From a virus (Duplodnaviria > Caudoviricetes), in the IMG/VR virus record IMGVR_UViG_3300027751_000004, positions 1 through 64,000 of that record: DNA of 64,000 nt; one strand, given 5' to 3'. Positions within the stretch are counted from its first letter, which is position 1. Each line of letters opens with the position of its first letter. The position numbers and the translations under genes are program-made. Positions 17,306 through 27,757 of the stretch are shown piece by piece. The notes below the pieces were generated by a model. That model was not told the DNA's origin. It saw only the letters and a list, made by a program, of their open reading frames with translations, and searched no databases.

Positions 17306-19594
17306 TTATATTTTACAGCTTTCGCAATCTTCGTCATCGTATTCTCCTTGAGGGAGATCGGTTAATGCTTCTTCTTTCAGTTCGCCAGCACCGTCGAAAG
17401 TGTTGCTGTAATACAATTGTTTACCACCGTATTTGTAAAAACTTACGATGTCCTTTATCATCTGCGACATAGGCACTTTACCATCTTCAAAGTGCTCAGG
17501 GTTATAACTGGTATTGACTGATATACCCTGATCGATATACTTTTGTAGTACTGCGCAGACTTTTAGATAACCCTCTGGTGTTTGTTGATCCCAGAGTAAG
17601 TCGTATTTATTTTTAAGGTGATGAAACCCAGGAACTACCTGCGCCATTACACCATCTTTTGATTGTTTGTATGATACCAAAGCACGAGGTGGTTCAATAC
17701 CATTCGTGGAGTTACTTATTTGCGCAGAAGTTTCTGCAGGCATGAGAGCCATAAGAGTTGAGTTACGGATACCAGTTTCTTTCAACTGCTCACGTAATCC
17801 TTCCCAATCCATTCTCTCAGCGTGAGGTACAAGGTCATCTACATCTTTCTTGTACGTTTGATTTGGAGTTATTCCCCAAGCATATTTAGTATCGCAAACA
17901 TTTTCAATAGAACCTTTTTCGACTGCTAGGTCGGCAGATGCTTTAATAAGGTGATAAGACCATGCTTCGGTATATTCATCAATCGTTGCCAGAGCATCAT
18001 CGTTATACTTTAGACCACGTTTGGCTAGGAAGTACGCAAGGTTGATGATGCCAACGCCCAGAGGTCTACGGTTCATAGTCGACTTCTCTGCTGCTCTTAC
18101 AGGATATGCCTGATAGTCTAGCAGGGCATCCAATGCTCGCACTGCAAGGGAACAATACTTCTCGAAGTCTGATGGCTTATCGATAAGACCCCAGTTGATT
18201 GCGGATAGAGTACAAAGACTAATCTCTCCTTCTTCGCCATTTATGTCTTGTAATGGCTGAGTAGGTAGATTGATTTCGCAGCAGAGGTTAGACTGTTTGA
18301 TAGGGGCAAGTTTTGGATCAAACGCACCATGATCGTTAGCGTGGTCTACGTTCATCAGGTAGATACGACCAGTGTCTTTACGCTCTTGTAGATATTGCGT
18401 GAATAGGTCTATCGCTTTGATGGTTTTCTTTCGAATAGAAGTAGATCGCTCATACTTCTCGTATAACTTACGGAACTCGTCTTGATCGGCATAGAATGCT
18501 TCTAGCAATCCAGGAACTTCATTTGGGCTGAACAGAGTAATATTACCGCCAGTCAATAAACGCTCATACATTAGTTTATTAAACTGGAATGCATAATCCA
18601 TATGACGTACACGATTCTCTTCAGTACCTTTATTGTTCTTGAGTACAACTAGGTTCTCGAACTCTAAGTGCCAAGCAGGTAGATAGACAGTTGCCGCACC
18701 CCCACGAACACCACCCTGAGAACAAGACTTAACTGCAGCTTGGAAGTATTTGAGGAAAGGGATTACACCAGTATGAACAACAGATCCGTCTCCGACCTTA
18801 GATCCCTCTGCTCTAATGGCACCAGCACTAATACCGATACCTGCTTTCTTAGAGATATAACGTACAACAGCAGAAGAAGTAGAATTGATAGAGTCTAGAG
18901 TATCGCCACTTTCGATTAATACACAACTAGAGAACTGACGAGTAGGAGTACGAACACCAGCCATGATAGGAGTGGGTAGGGAAATATAGAAATTAGATAC
19001 CGCATCATAGAACTCTTTTACATAGCGGATACGAGTCTCTTGTGGGTATTCAGAAAATAGAGTCGCACCAATCATCATGTATGCAATCTGCGGAGTTTCA
19101 TATATCTTACCAGTAGATCTATCTTGTACTAGATACTTTCCACGGAACTGCTCCATAGCAACATAGGTAAACTTATCATCACGATCGTGTTTAACGTAAC
19201 CATCTAGTTGATCGATCTCATCACGGTCATACTTCTCCATGATACCGCCATCATAAACATTCTCGGATACGTTGTTGATAATTACTTCAGCAAGGGATAG
19301 TGGCTCATATTGTCCGTAAACTTCTTTGCGGAGTTTGTAGTTTACGAGTCTTGCGGCAACAAATTGATAGTTTGGAGTATGTTCTGATATAAGGTCTGAC
19401 GCTGACTTGATCAATAACTCGTGGATCTTATCTGCTTCGATACCATCATATAATTGTATATTGGATTTTAATTCTATTTCGGAAATAGAGACGCCAGTTA
19501 TATCATGGGTCGCCCAATCTAGAACTTTGTGGACTTTATCTAAGTCGAATAACTCTTTACGACCGTCTCTTTTAATAACGTTGATGGATTTCAT
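17306..19594 (-). CDS. nrdA: class Ia ribonucleotide reductase alpha subunit with ATP cone
   Basis: VIKRDG cone, QFSSC, SNLCCEI, C-terminal CESC. Confidence 0.97.
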   Translation of the reverse strand: MKSINVIKRDGRKELFDLDKVHKVLDWATHDITGVSISEIELKSNIQLYDGIEADKIHELLIKSASDLISEHTPNYQFVAARLVNYKLRKEVYGQYEPLSLAEVIINNVSENVYDGGIMEKYDRDEIDQLDGYVKHDRDDKFTYVAMEQFRGKYLVQDRSTGKIYETPQIAYMMIGATLFSEYPQETRIRYVKEFYDAVSNFYISLPTPIMAGVRTPTRQFSSCVLIESGDTLDSINSTSSAVVRYISKKAGIGISAGAIRAEGSKVGDGSVVHTGVIPFLKYFQAAVKSCSQGGVRGGAATVYLPAWHLEFENLVVLKNNKGTEENRVRHMDYAFQFNKLMYERLLTGGNITLFSPNEVPGLLEAFYADQDEFRKLYEKYERSTSIRKKTIKAIDLFTQYLQERKDTGRIYLMNVDHANDHGAFDPKLAPIKQSNLCCEINLPTQPLQDINGEEGEISLCTLSAINWGLIDKPSDFEKYCSLAVRALDALLDYQAYPVRAAEKSTMNRRPLGVGIINLAYFLAKRGLKYNDDALATIDEYTEAWSYHLIKASADLAVEKGSIENVCDTKYAWGITPNQTYKKDVDDLVPHAERMDWEGLREQLKETGIRNSTLMALMPAETSAQISNSTNGIEPPRALVSYKQSKDGVMAQVVPGFHHLKNKYDLLWDQQTPEGYLKVCAVLQKYIDQGISVNTSYNPEHFEDGKVPMSQMIKDIVSFYKYGGKQLYYSNTFDGAGELKEEALTDLPQGEYDDEDCESCKI

Positions 19595-19623
19595 TTAATA
19601 CTCCGCTGGTGTAATATAGGCAT

Positions 19624-19652
19624 ATTATACTATAAAAAGGCAATCAAGTAAA
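19624..19652 (-). promoter_or_regulatory. early promoter of nrdAB
   Basis: TTTACT-17bp-TATAAT. Confidence 0.8.
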
Positions 19653-19664
19653 GGGAAATATTGA

Positions 19665-20042
19665 CTATTTTTCTTCTTGTGGTTCGTAATATTCTTTGTA
19701 CTTGATTATTATCGTGCGCTGTTTATCTATATAGTTTCGGAGTTCTAAAAGGTTGACTGCCAGCTTTTCGTACCCATCATCTGAGACCCCAAATAAAACG
19801 AGGTCGACTTTATCTTTAGATAATTTTTCCCAGACAGAATCTACATTGTCTTGGGTTACGACATAAAACTTGACTGGCATTGGCTCAAGCGTGGAAGGGA
19901 ATTGTAAGTTGAGTGGCGGTTTATCTTCCGCTCGTGTAACAACTTCAAGAGGATCTACTTTCTTACCACCCAGATTAAGGATGGAACACCCATTAAGGAG
20001 TAACAGGGGTATAATTAGGATTAGCGATTGACGGACATTCAT
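19665..20042 (-). CDS. outer-membrane lipoprotein, o-spanin (Rz1-like)
   Basis: Lipobox LNGC, Pro-rich segment, overlaps the i-spanin 3' end. Confidence 0.7.
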   Translation of the reverse strand: MNVRQSLILIIPLLLLNGCSILNLGGKKVDPLEVVTRAEDKPPLNLQFPSTLEPMPVKFYVVTQDNVDSVWEKLSKDKVDLVLFGVSDDGYEKLAVNLLELRNYIDKQRTIIIKYKEYYEPQEEK

Positions 20043-20490
20043 TATTTGACTCACTTTTCAATTTAGCGTTAATCTCTTTTTCTGTTAAAGGAGATCCGCT
20101 TACTATTTCAAAACAACGGTTCACATTGTTGCTTGCTCTATTAATAATTCGTTCTATCGGTCTAGGTTTAGCAATAGCCAAAACACCAAAGTCTCTTGGG
20201 TTGCCATTCTTAGATTGATTAAACTTAGTCTTCAATTCTTTCATTTGCTTATCGAGTTTTGCGTTATTCTCTACGATATCTTGATTGATAGACTGTATTT
20301 GTTCAAAGTCTTGTTTTAGAGTTTCGATATATTGAGATTGTACTTCGGCAGCATCCTTCAACTTCTGCTCATTTGCCTGAGAGATAGCCAAGTTAGCTTT
20401 TAGATTAGTTACATACCAAAGTCCAAACCCTATAACCAAAACAATAACAAGCGATGTTACAGCTTTTATTGTACCACTTGCACCAAACAT
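19993..20490 (-). CDS. i-spanin (Rz-like)
   Basis: N-terminal TM, long coiled coil, C-terminal Cys. Confidence 0.7.
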   Translation of the reverse strand: MFGASGTIKAVTSLVIVLVIGFGLWYVTNLKANLAISQANEQKLKDAAEVQSQYIETLKQDFEQIQSINQDIVENNAKLDKQMKELKTKFNQSKNGNPRDFGVLAIAKPRPIERIINRASNNVNRCFEIVSGSPLTEKEINAKLKSESNNECPSIANPNYTPVTP

Positions 20491-20491
20491 A

Positions 20492-20779
20492 TTATAATCC
20501 GTTAGCAGACCTGCGACGAATAGCACGCATTGCACCAGTAGTTGAATCACGAAGTACCACTACTGATTGAGTGTTACGAGTTGCATAGTCATATATAGTT
20601 TTTTGATTTTCGTCAGCCAAGTCTAGATACTTAGACCAACGCTCGAATTTGTTTCTGCCTGTGTCAAACTTACGGAAGACCTCGGCAGGAACTTCAAACA
20701 TTTTATACTTCTGTTTTTTCTTAGTGAATAAAGGAGCATCTTTTACTGCTACGTCTCCAGATACAGTAGTTTCTTTCAT
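20492..20779 (-). CDS. conserved hypothetical protein
   Basis: Coupled ORF in a late block. Confidence 0.65.
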   Translation of the reverse strand: MKETTVSGDVAVKDAPLFTKKKQKYKMFEVPAEVFRKFDTGRNKFERWSKYLDLADENQKTIYDYATRNTQSVVVLRDSTTGAMRAIRRRSANGL

Positions 20780-21351
20780 TACTTTAAGTTCTCCTTTGTC
20801 ACATATATTGTTGTTGTACTTTTACCAAGAGTTGCTTCGTAAATTGGAACGTTCATAACAGAACCAACTGGTTCAGCATTCGCAGCTATGGTAACTTTAG
20901 CACCTGCAGGAGCATCTTCAAAGGTAGCAGGGATTAGCACTGCATCTTTCAAGCGATGTACCCCAGGAGTTATATCAGCAGATACACTTTCCTGTAGGTC
21001 AGGTTTATCTACCTCTAATTGGTCAAATAAAGAATCCATCATATCTTGTAGTTGTGCCTCATCCATTTCAGTTTCTTCTTTAATCAAGAATAATGCTGCA
21101 GCATATGAAGCAAATGCTGTTTTACCAAAAGGTAATTTTTCTAGTATGCGTTTAAGGTTAAACACCAAACGATGAAATGTAGTATATGCAGCCTTCTCCT
21201 CTGGAGTCTTTAACGTTGTTGCTTTGCGCAAGACCTTACCGTTTTCGTCGATAATGCCTAGCGCATGCGCTTCCATATCTACCCACTTTTTAGTTAATGT
21301 GCGGATAAATTTAAACGTATAGAATAAATCTGCTGCTCTTGATACACTCAT
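20779..21351 (-). CDS. conserved T4-like hypothetical protein
   Basis: LGIIDENGKVL...FHRLVFNLKR. Confidence 0.7.
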   Translation of the reverse strand: MSVSRAADLFYTFKFIRTLTKKWVDMEAHALGIIDENGKVLRKATTLKTPEEKAAYTTFHRLVFNLKRILEKLPFGKTAFASYAAALFLIKEETEMDEAQLQDMMDSLFDQLEVDKPDLQESVSADITPGVHRLKDAVLIPATFEDAPAGAKVTIAANAEPVGSVMNVPIYEATLGKSTTTIYVTKENLK

Positions 21352-21716
21352 AGTTTTCTCAGTTTCTCTACTATTTCCTGGTCTAGCGGAATATCGACTT
21401 TGTCCTCAAGAGGGATGTAGTTTAGGTACACCAAGAAAGTCTTGAGTGTGCTCCAATATTCTACTTCCATCTTATGAAACATCATCTGATTCGCTGGCGT
21501 AATACCAAATACGTTATACAAGACAATAAGATGATTCAATATCAACCTTTCTTGTAGATCGCCATAGTTTAAGTATCTGTTAAATAATCTCTTTAGATAC
21601 TTAAACCTTTTCAGATCATCATAGAACTCGGCTGCGTTTTCGCACTGCGGGTTATCGTAATAATGTGCCGCAAATAGATCAAAGTTCTCTTCAGTTATAT
21701 CTTCAAATATTTTCAT
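21348..21716 (-). CDS. conserved T4-like hypothetical protein
   Basis: YDNPQC...EFYDDLKRFKYLKRL...LILNH. Confidence 0.7.
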   Translation of the reverse strand: MKIFEDITEENFDLFAAHYYDNPQCENAAEFYDDLKRFKYLKRLFNRYLNYGDLQERLILNHLIVLYNVFGITPANQMMFHKMEVEYWSTLKTFLVYLNYIPLEDKVDIPLDQEIVEKLRKL

Positions 21717-21777
21717 TAATTATACTCTTATTATGCTAAAAAATCAACAACTACAAAGAGTATTTATCGGGGTTAAA

Positions 21778-23013
21778 TTACTCCCCTTCGGCTGTTCTCT
21801 TAACCTTATGTGCGTCTTTAAAATCCTTTTCGCCTTTAGCACGTGGTTGTTCTACCTCGTCAACCTTTTCTGGCTTCTCATGGGTATAACCAAGTTTCTT
21901 CATACGCTCATGATCTTCTGGCTTTTCTGCTTTGTAGCCTTTACCAGTCTTAGGATCGTACATCATATGAGGCTCGAAATCGCTCTCAGCTAGTGCGTCG
22001 ATTACTGCTAACTCAAACAACTTTGCAGCTTGCTTTATAGAAATAGTCTCGATATCGCCAAACTGATTCTTAGTTCTTACGTTTACTTTACGACCTTTTA
22101 ATCCTAACTCAAGATCATAAAACTTGCCGTCTTTACCACGAACTTTCTTGATTGCAGCTTCATTGATACCTTCATAGTCTTCAACTCGATACTTCTTGCC
22201 TGAAACGATAAACTCGTCATCGCCATTCAATTTAGCAGCAGCAAGTGCTTTGGTGAATGCATTACCCTCGTTCTTGGTCGATTCCATTCTACCCTTAACT
22301 TTAAACATTTTGTAAGATCCATCTTTAACAGCTTTCATCGCTTTTGCATGATATTTTTTGGCAGATCGCTCGTCTTTGAATGTAGCGGGGGATTCTTCTG
22401 GCTTACCCTTTTTGTTATAATATTGAACAGCGTAGTAATCTTCATTTAAATCTTCTTTCAACCTTACAACATATTTACCACTAGCATCTTTGACAACCTT
22501 ACTGCCTTTATGCTTTTTTGCAAGCTGGCTCGCTTTTGCTTTAGAGAACATACCAGCATCATGATAGCCATCATCAGATTCGCCTTTACCTTTTTGATCA
22601 AGGTATTTCTCTTCACAAACAGAATCTTTACCTTGCTCGATAACTTCGTTCTGAGATGCAGCTTCAACTTCTAGAGTTTCATCTTGACCAGTGATGACTC
22701 GGTTTACTGCGTCCGTCAGATCAATATCTTCTTTCTGAGTCTTTTCTGTCTTTTCTTTCTTTACTGCCTTGCTAATAGCTTGGCGACGTTTCTTAAGATA
22801 TTTGTCTGCAGCATCAGTATCACCGTCGTTATCGACATCATCATCTTCTTTGCCGACTGGGTCAAGTTTTGCCTTTGCTTCTTGAACAACTTCTTCTTGT
22901 TCAGCAGCAGGTTCTGGGGAGGGGGTTTCTTCTACAACAACTTCTTCTTTAGGCTCATACATAGTCTTGTAAGCAGAAGCGATTGCTTTGGTTATATCTA
23001 GGTCAGTGGTCAT
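21778..23013 (-). CDS. charged low-complexity protein, probable internal head/scaffold protein
   Basis: Lys/Glu-rich modules separated by (L/I/V)xE sites typical of gp21 protease substrates. Confidence 0.55.
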   Translation of the reverse strand: MTTDLDITKAIASAYKTMYEPKEEVVVEETPSPEPAAEQEEVVQEAKAKLDPVGKEDDDVDNDGDTDAADKYLKKRRQAISKAVKKEKTEKTQKEDIDLTDAVNRVITGQDETLEVEAASQNEVIEQGKDSVCEEKYLDQKGKGESDDGYHDAGMFSKAKASQLAKKHKGSKVVKDASGKYVVRLKEDLNEDYYAVQYYNKKGKPEESPATFKDERSAKKYHAKAMKAVKDGSYKMFKVKGRMESTKNEGNAFTKALAAAKLNGDDEFIVSGKKYRVEDYEGINEAAIKKVRGKDGKFYDLELGLKGRKVNVRTKNQFGDIETISIKQAAKLFELAVIDALAESDFEPHMMYDPKTGKGYKAEKPEDHERMKKLGYTHEKPEKVDEVEQPRAKGEKDFKDAHKVKRTAEGE

Positions 23014-23015
23014 TT

Positions 23016-23315
23016 TTATAGTCCTATAAGATTAAAGTATCCAGCAACTAATGCTGCGGATGTTGTTGTTAATAGGATCCAAAAGACCCTAGCGATGACA
23101 TTGACTGTTCTTTCATTGTCATCTACTTTCTTTTCTATTCTATCGAGTTTCTCTGAGAATCTGTTCATACGGTTATAGTAATTCCTATTACTGTCTTCCA
23201 TAGAAAGGATCTTTTCCTCTGTTCGAGCCAACGATACCATAGCTTCAGATAGTTTATCTATCTTTTCTTCTATTCTATCAAATCTTTTTTCTAAATTATC
23301 TTCTGAAGTGGGCAT
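23016..23315 (-). CDS. coiled-coil protein with C-terminal TM (holin/XhlA-like architecture)
   Basis: Heptads followed by one TM helix. Confidence 0.5.
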   Translation of the reverse strand: MPTSEDNLEKRFDRIEEKIDKLSEAMVSLARTEEKILSMEDSNRNYYNRMNRFSEKLDRIEKKVDDNERTVNVIARVFWILLTTTSAALVAGYFNLIGL

Positions 23316-23660
23316 TTAGTCATCTACCTTTGCGTTGGCTCTCCATTGGAAACAAGACCAGTATCTTGCTTTCCATTTTGGACCTGGATCTGCGCAGTTA
23401 TGTCTTGCACGAAATGATGCACGACGTTTAGGATCGTCCCTTTTAATTTCCATATCGGGGTCGCCAAATCGAACTATTACTACAGTACCTTTCTCATTCT
23501 TTACATAAACGGCAAACTTCTTGGATTCATTTGGTGTTCTAAATGGATTATTCAGCTTAACCTTGCGCCCCTGATACTCGGATTCGGTTATTTCTATATC
23601 TTCGTATAGGTCGCATTCTTCGCATTTAGCGTCGATCCATTGTGAGAAATTGTTTACCAT
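23316..23660 (-). CDS. conserved phage hypothetical protein
   Basis: VRFGDPDM...RRASFRARHNC...ARYWSC. Confidence 0.7.
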   Translation of the reverse strand: MVNNFSQWIDAKCEECDLYEDIEITESEYQGRKVKLNNPFRTPNESKKFAVYVKNEKGTVVIVRFGDPDMEIKRDDPKRRASFRARHNCADPGPKWKARYWSCFQWRANAKVDD

Positions 23661-23670
23661 TACATGTACC

Positions 23671-23958
23671 TTATTCGTCGTCAATCATACGCATCAAAGT
23701 CTTAGTGTCAACTCCTGGAACTTGCCCAGCAACTTTGTTTGCATACCATGTAACGCTGTGTTTTAGTTTACCGCCACCTTCTTTCTTTTTACGAGCGATA
23801 ATCTGATTAGTCAGGTCAGCAGCATATTCATATCTACGCTTACCAACTGTCTTGGATTTAATAAGTTTTATAATAGCAGACATAGTCATATCCTTCACAT
23901 CCTGTTTTCTTTCTTGGATATAAGAATCGTTTGCTGCTTCTTTATTTAAAACTTGCAT
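23671..23958 (-). CDS. basic hypothetical protein
   Basis: ORF in the late block. Confidence 0.6.
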   Translation of the reverse strand: MQVLNKEAANDSYIQERKQDVKDMTMSAIIKLIKSKTVGKRRYEYAADLTNQIIARKKKEGGGKLKHSVTWYANKVAGQVPGVDTKTLMRMIDDE

Positions 23959-23973
23959 TTAGTTTCCCCAAAC

Positions 23974-24258
23974 CTAAAAATGTCTATCAGCCCATCTTTG
24001 AGCATCTTTCTTAGCATCCCCGACATTCTTATAACCTGTCACAGGGTGCTTTACTTTATTCTTTGTCTTATCAAACAATGTGGGTATTACCTTTTGACTT
24101 CCGTCTTTATTCTTTCTTAACGAGTCCATACCCGAAAGTTTTATTTCCCAGTTTCCATCAGAAGAAACATGACTGTAAACTTTCTTATTCCCTTGACGAC
24201 CATCAGGTTTCTTTACCCACTTGATAGTTGCTTCGTCAAATTGTTTGAATGACATCAT
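23974..24258 (-). CDS. putative internal head protein
   Basis: MMSFKQFDE capsid-targeting-like N-terminus. Confidence 0.55.
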   Translation of the reverse strand: MMSFKQFDEATIKWVKKPDGRQGNKKVYSHVSSDGNWEIKLSGMDSLRKNKDGSQKVIPTLFDKTKNKVKHPVTGYKNVGDAKKDAQRWADRHF

Positions 24259-26027
24259 TACATTTTACCGCCAGCATCGACGAATGCAGCAATCGCCATT
24301 TTCTTTTTCTTCTTGTCGGACTTACCTACAAACTGAGGAGCATTTGATTTCATAAAGTCATCAATCCATGCACCTAACCCATCTGAAACTTCAAGTTCTT
24401 CCTTGATACCTTTATGCTTTCTCCATAGATCAGCATCAGTAGTTTTCTGGGTTTTACCGCCAGTAACAAAAGAGTTAACACGTGCTAGACCCCATTGCTG
24501 AGGAGTAGTTCCAGGTCTATGACCAGTACGCCATGCAGCTACACCACGGTCATACACTTTCTTTAATATCCCATACGCTACGCCAGTCTTTTCGGACTTG
24601 TTCTTCAGTGCTTTCTTAGTATCTTCAACTAAAACACCTTCAAACGACGACTCATAGTTCTCATAAGATAAAACTGGGCTAGAAGTCTTAAAGTTCTTCT
24701 TGCGCATAATAGTTTTATTTACAACTTCAAACTCGTCTTTCTTTTTGTCGTAATTAACTACAACTGGCAAATTAAGATCTGATTGTAAGTCTTTTAACAC
24801 AGCTTCTGTATCGCCATGTTGTTTGATCTGCTTACCTTTATTCTTCTTAATTTTCTTAAATAGCTTTTGTATCTCTGCTACAGAGATAGCTGGTTTATTG
24901 CGGTCATCATTCATACGATCCGCAAAGTGTCTTGTAAACTCGATATCGATATTTAGTTTCTTTAGCAACCTATCCCCAAACTTTTCTAGGTCATTTAGTT
25001 GCTTTTGTGATACATCTTCGCCAAACATCTTCTTGTACTTATTAGTGTATTGGCTTGGCGTAGTCTTAGCGTCTTTATCTCCTGGAGCAGGTTTATATGC
25101 TTTAGGATCATCATCGTCTAACTTAGCACCACGTTCGAAGTGAGAGTCACGTGATTTCTTATCTTTCTTTTTAACGCCAGACATATACTTCTGTGGCTGT
25201 CCAGTTTCTTTGTCCTTACGTTCCATCAACTTTACGTCTGATATCCACTCACGAGTACGTTCACCGTCGCAAGATTCAACCATAACATAGTTTGCGCCAA
25301 GCATTATCACCTGACCGATCTGTTCTCTATATTCTACTACGTCACCCTCTTTAAGTAGTTCGCCAGCAACATATGCTTCACGATCTTCAGAGACTGATTC
25401 TAACTTAATATGCTTGCGGAAGTCATGAGACTCTTTAAGACCCATTCCTTTACGCACAGCATTAAATAAATCTTTGGCACCCTTAAATCCTCTGGGTAAT
25501 CCTTTAACGAATAATTCATAATCGTTTGCATCAGCTGCAGCACGCATTTTAGATGCCGACATACCTGATACGTCATCCGCATCGGGATCACGCTCGCCTG
25601 CAGATACAATGTTTATCTCGTCAAAGTTATAGTAACCATGACGACCTTTAACGTCATTGTAACGGTTGATCAGGTCTTGGAACTGTTTAACACGATCTGA
25701 TCCTACAACCATAGTAACTCGGTTGAACCCTTGGTCATATAACTTAACTACAATGTCAAATACTGTTCTTGCTTTAGCATCTAGTATGATATTCCTAGCG
25801 TGACGTGGGAATATCTTCCGCATAAACTTGATTTTACTTTTGTAATCAAGAGGATTCTTTTTAGCATCGTTAGAATGAGAAGCATACACAAAATACTTGT
25901 TTCTACCCGCAACTTTAGCAACGGCATCAAGTAGTTTCTCGTGTCCTGTAGTCGGTGGGTTAAACCGACCAAAGGTGAACACTGCTTCCTTTACTTCTTC
26001 AGTAACATATTGTCTAAAAGACTTCAT
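24258..26027 (-). CDS. HIGH-type nucleotidyltransferase (cytidyltransferase-like) multidomain protein
   Basis: FGRFNPPTTGHEKL, KNPL, VGSDR, MSASKMR; further C-terminal domains. Confidence 0.8.
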   Translation of the reverse strand: MKSFRQYVTEEVKEAVFTFGRFNPPTTGHEKLLDAVAKVAGRNKYFVYASHSNDAKKNPLDYKSKIKFMRKIFPRHARNIILDAKARTVFDIVVKLYDQGFNRVTMVVGSDRVKQFQDLINRYNDVKGRHGYYNFDEINIVSAGERDPDADDVSGMSASKMRAAADANDYELFVKGLPRGFKGAKDLFNAVRKGMGLKESHDFRKHIKLESVSEDREAYVAGELLKEGDVVEYREQIGQVIMLGANYVMVESCDGERTREWISDVKLMERKDKETGQPQKYMSGVKKKDKKSRDSHFERGAKLDDDDPKAYKPAPGDKDAKTTPSQYTNKYKKMFGEDVSQKQLNDLEKFGDRLLKKLNIDIEFTRHFADRMNDDRNKPAISVAEIQKLFKKIKKNKGKQIKQHGDTEAVLKDLQSDLNLPVVVNYDKKKDEFEVVNKTIMRKKNFKTSSPVLSYENYESSFEGVLVEDTKKALKNKSEKTGVAYGILKKVYDRGVAAWRTGHRPGTTPQQWGLARVNSFVTGGKTQKTTDADLWRKHKGIKEELEVSDGLGAWIDDFMKSNAPQFVGKSDKKKKKMAIAAFVDAGGKM

Positions 26028-26028
26028 A

Positions 26029-26490
26029 TTATCCGTTCTCAGATTTTTTGGTTAGACGATCTTTTTCATCCGTCTTAACTTTCTTCAATAGTCTCTTAGC
26101 TAGTTTCTTGACCAGACCTTGCTTCTTCTTAACTTTATCATCAAGCTGTTGGCGTGCAGCAAAGCTCATCTTTTTGATGTCTTTACCTTGCGCAATTTTC
26201 TTCTTAACTATTTCGACGGCTTGCTTCTGGGCTCTCTTTTCTAGAGTGCCTTTAGTTGCCTTCTTCTTGGAAGCGATCTCTTTGGCTCTTTTGATTTTGG
26301 CTTTGTTCTTACGCATTGCTTGAGACAATTTACGTCTTGCCTTCATGTCAAGTGCTTCTTGAGCTTCTACTTCTTCTTCATCAATAGAATCTCCAGCAGA
26401 CTTTCTGCGTCTCTGTTTCATGTACTCTAGCCACTCATCATCTCCCATACGTGGATCACTAGCCACTACCAAATCTTTAAAGCTGTACAT
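26029..26490 (-). CDS. very basic late protein, probably virion-internal
   Basis: MYSFKDL N-terminus, Lys-rich; own late promoter. Confidence 0.6.
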   Translation of the reverse strand: MYSFKDLVVASDPRMGDDEWLEYMKQRRRKSAGDSIDEEEVEAQEALDMKARRKLSQAMRKNKAKIKRAKEIASKKKATKGTLEKRAQKQAVEIVKKKIAQGKDIKKMSFAARQQLDDKVKKKQGLVKKLAKRLLKKVKTDEKDRLTKKSENG

Positions 26491-26519
26491 TTCATTGTTC
26501 CCTTAGTTTAATCTATTAC

Positions 26520-26527
26520 TATTTATA
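26520..26527 (-). promoter_or_regulatory. T4-type late promoter
   Basis: TATAAATA. Confidence 0.7.
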
Positions 26528-26530
26528 AGA

Positions 26531-27757
26531 TTACTTGTCCCAACCTTTGATGTAATCATTAGAAAAATTAGCATGACTGAATTTCATTCTATTGACCAGT
26601 TTAAGTGCACTGCCGTCATTATCGATAGCAACATAACCCTCTGGAGCAGTTACAATGAATCCGTCTTTTGTTCTTAGTAATGTACCGATACTACTTGCTT
26701 GATCCATCTTTTGGATGATCATTTCTTTAGCATCAATCAATTGGTTCATTAGATCAAAGATAACTTCTAGGTTCTTCGAGTTACCTGTCAAGAAGAACTT
26801 TAAAACATCATCACGCTTATCTGTTTGAACCTTTTTACCTTTTGCTGTCTTACGCTTATCTGCTTCTTTCTCGAAGTGACCATTGATATACCTAATTAGA
26901 TCACGCACATGAGATTTCGTATTCTTAACCTTTTGCCCAGCCCTGACCTTAGTATTGAAATGTACTTTGGTCAATCTAAGCAATTCAGGGTTGTTAGAGA
27001 TAGCATTAAGTGTCTTAGAGTCTATCTTCTTAAATAATTTACCAGCATTAGATATATACTTAGTAACTTCTTTTGTCTCTTTCTCGGTAAATGTAGCTTT
27101 ACCAGAAATATCAGTAAACTCTGGATCAACAAACCAAACGTTCTTAGACTTCTTAAGACCACTTGAAATGCTTTTACCAAATGACGCTTTCATAGTCTCA
27201 AAAGAAGAACCAGAGTACGTTGTATGCCAGACTACACCCATCTTAGATGCCTTGATAGCTTTCGCCATGTCTGAATTAGCTGGTACAGCATATACAATTG
27301 TATTCGGGTGGAAGGTAATAACTTTCTCGCCTTCGTAGGTTTCGCTCTTTAGGTCGCTCTTACTGTATAAGAAGTCTCCCTGAATCACGCCAGTAATGCC
27401 CAACTCTGGTAAATACTTCAGAGCAAGTTTCAATTTATCTGCCAATTCACCGCTAGTATCGGCATCTACTTCCGCATTCGTTTTATAGATTTTTGGATTC
27501 TTGGCAAAAACACCTTTTTTAGCCACGAAGAATTTACCATCTGACGGATCTTGACCAGCAAAGATAGCAGGAGCACCATCCCACTTAACAGTAGTAGACA
27601 CGCCCCGACTAGAACTGCCAGATAACATGTCACGCATAGATCTAAGAACATTAATAGCTTGTCTCGCACCAATAACTCCTCCATTCAAAACAGCATCTTC
27701 AAGATGCTCCATATGTGTATTTTTTTGTTCGGTCAAGAACTTATTAAACGATAGCAT
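26531..27757 (-). CDS. ligase-like nucleotidyltransferase (KxDG) protein
   Basis: TVKWDGAPAI, QGDFLY, PEGYV, LKLVNR mirror ligase motifs I, III, IV, V. Confidence 0.6.
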   Translation of the reverse strand: MLSFNKFLTEQKNTHMEHLEDAVLNGGVIGARQAINVLRSMRDMLSGSSSRGVSTTVKWDGAPAIFAGQDPSDGKFFVAKKGVFAKNPKIYKTNAEVDADTSGELADKLKLALKYLPELGITGVIQGDFLYSKSDLKSETYEGEKVITFHPNTIVYAVPANSDMAKAIKASKMGVVWHTTYSGSSFETMKASFGKSISSGLKKSKNVWFVDPEFTDISGKATFTEKETKEVTKYISNAGKLFKKIDSKTLNAISNNPELLRLTKVHFNTKVRAGQKVKNTKSHVRDLIRYINGHFEKEADKRKTAKGKKVQTDKRDDVLKFFLTGNSKNLEVIFDLMNQLIDAKEMIIQKMDQASSIGTLLRTKDGFIVTAPEGYVAIDNDGSALKLVNRMKFSHANFSNDYIKGWDK

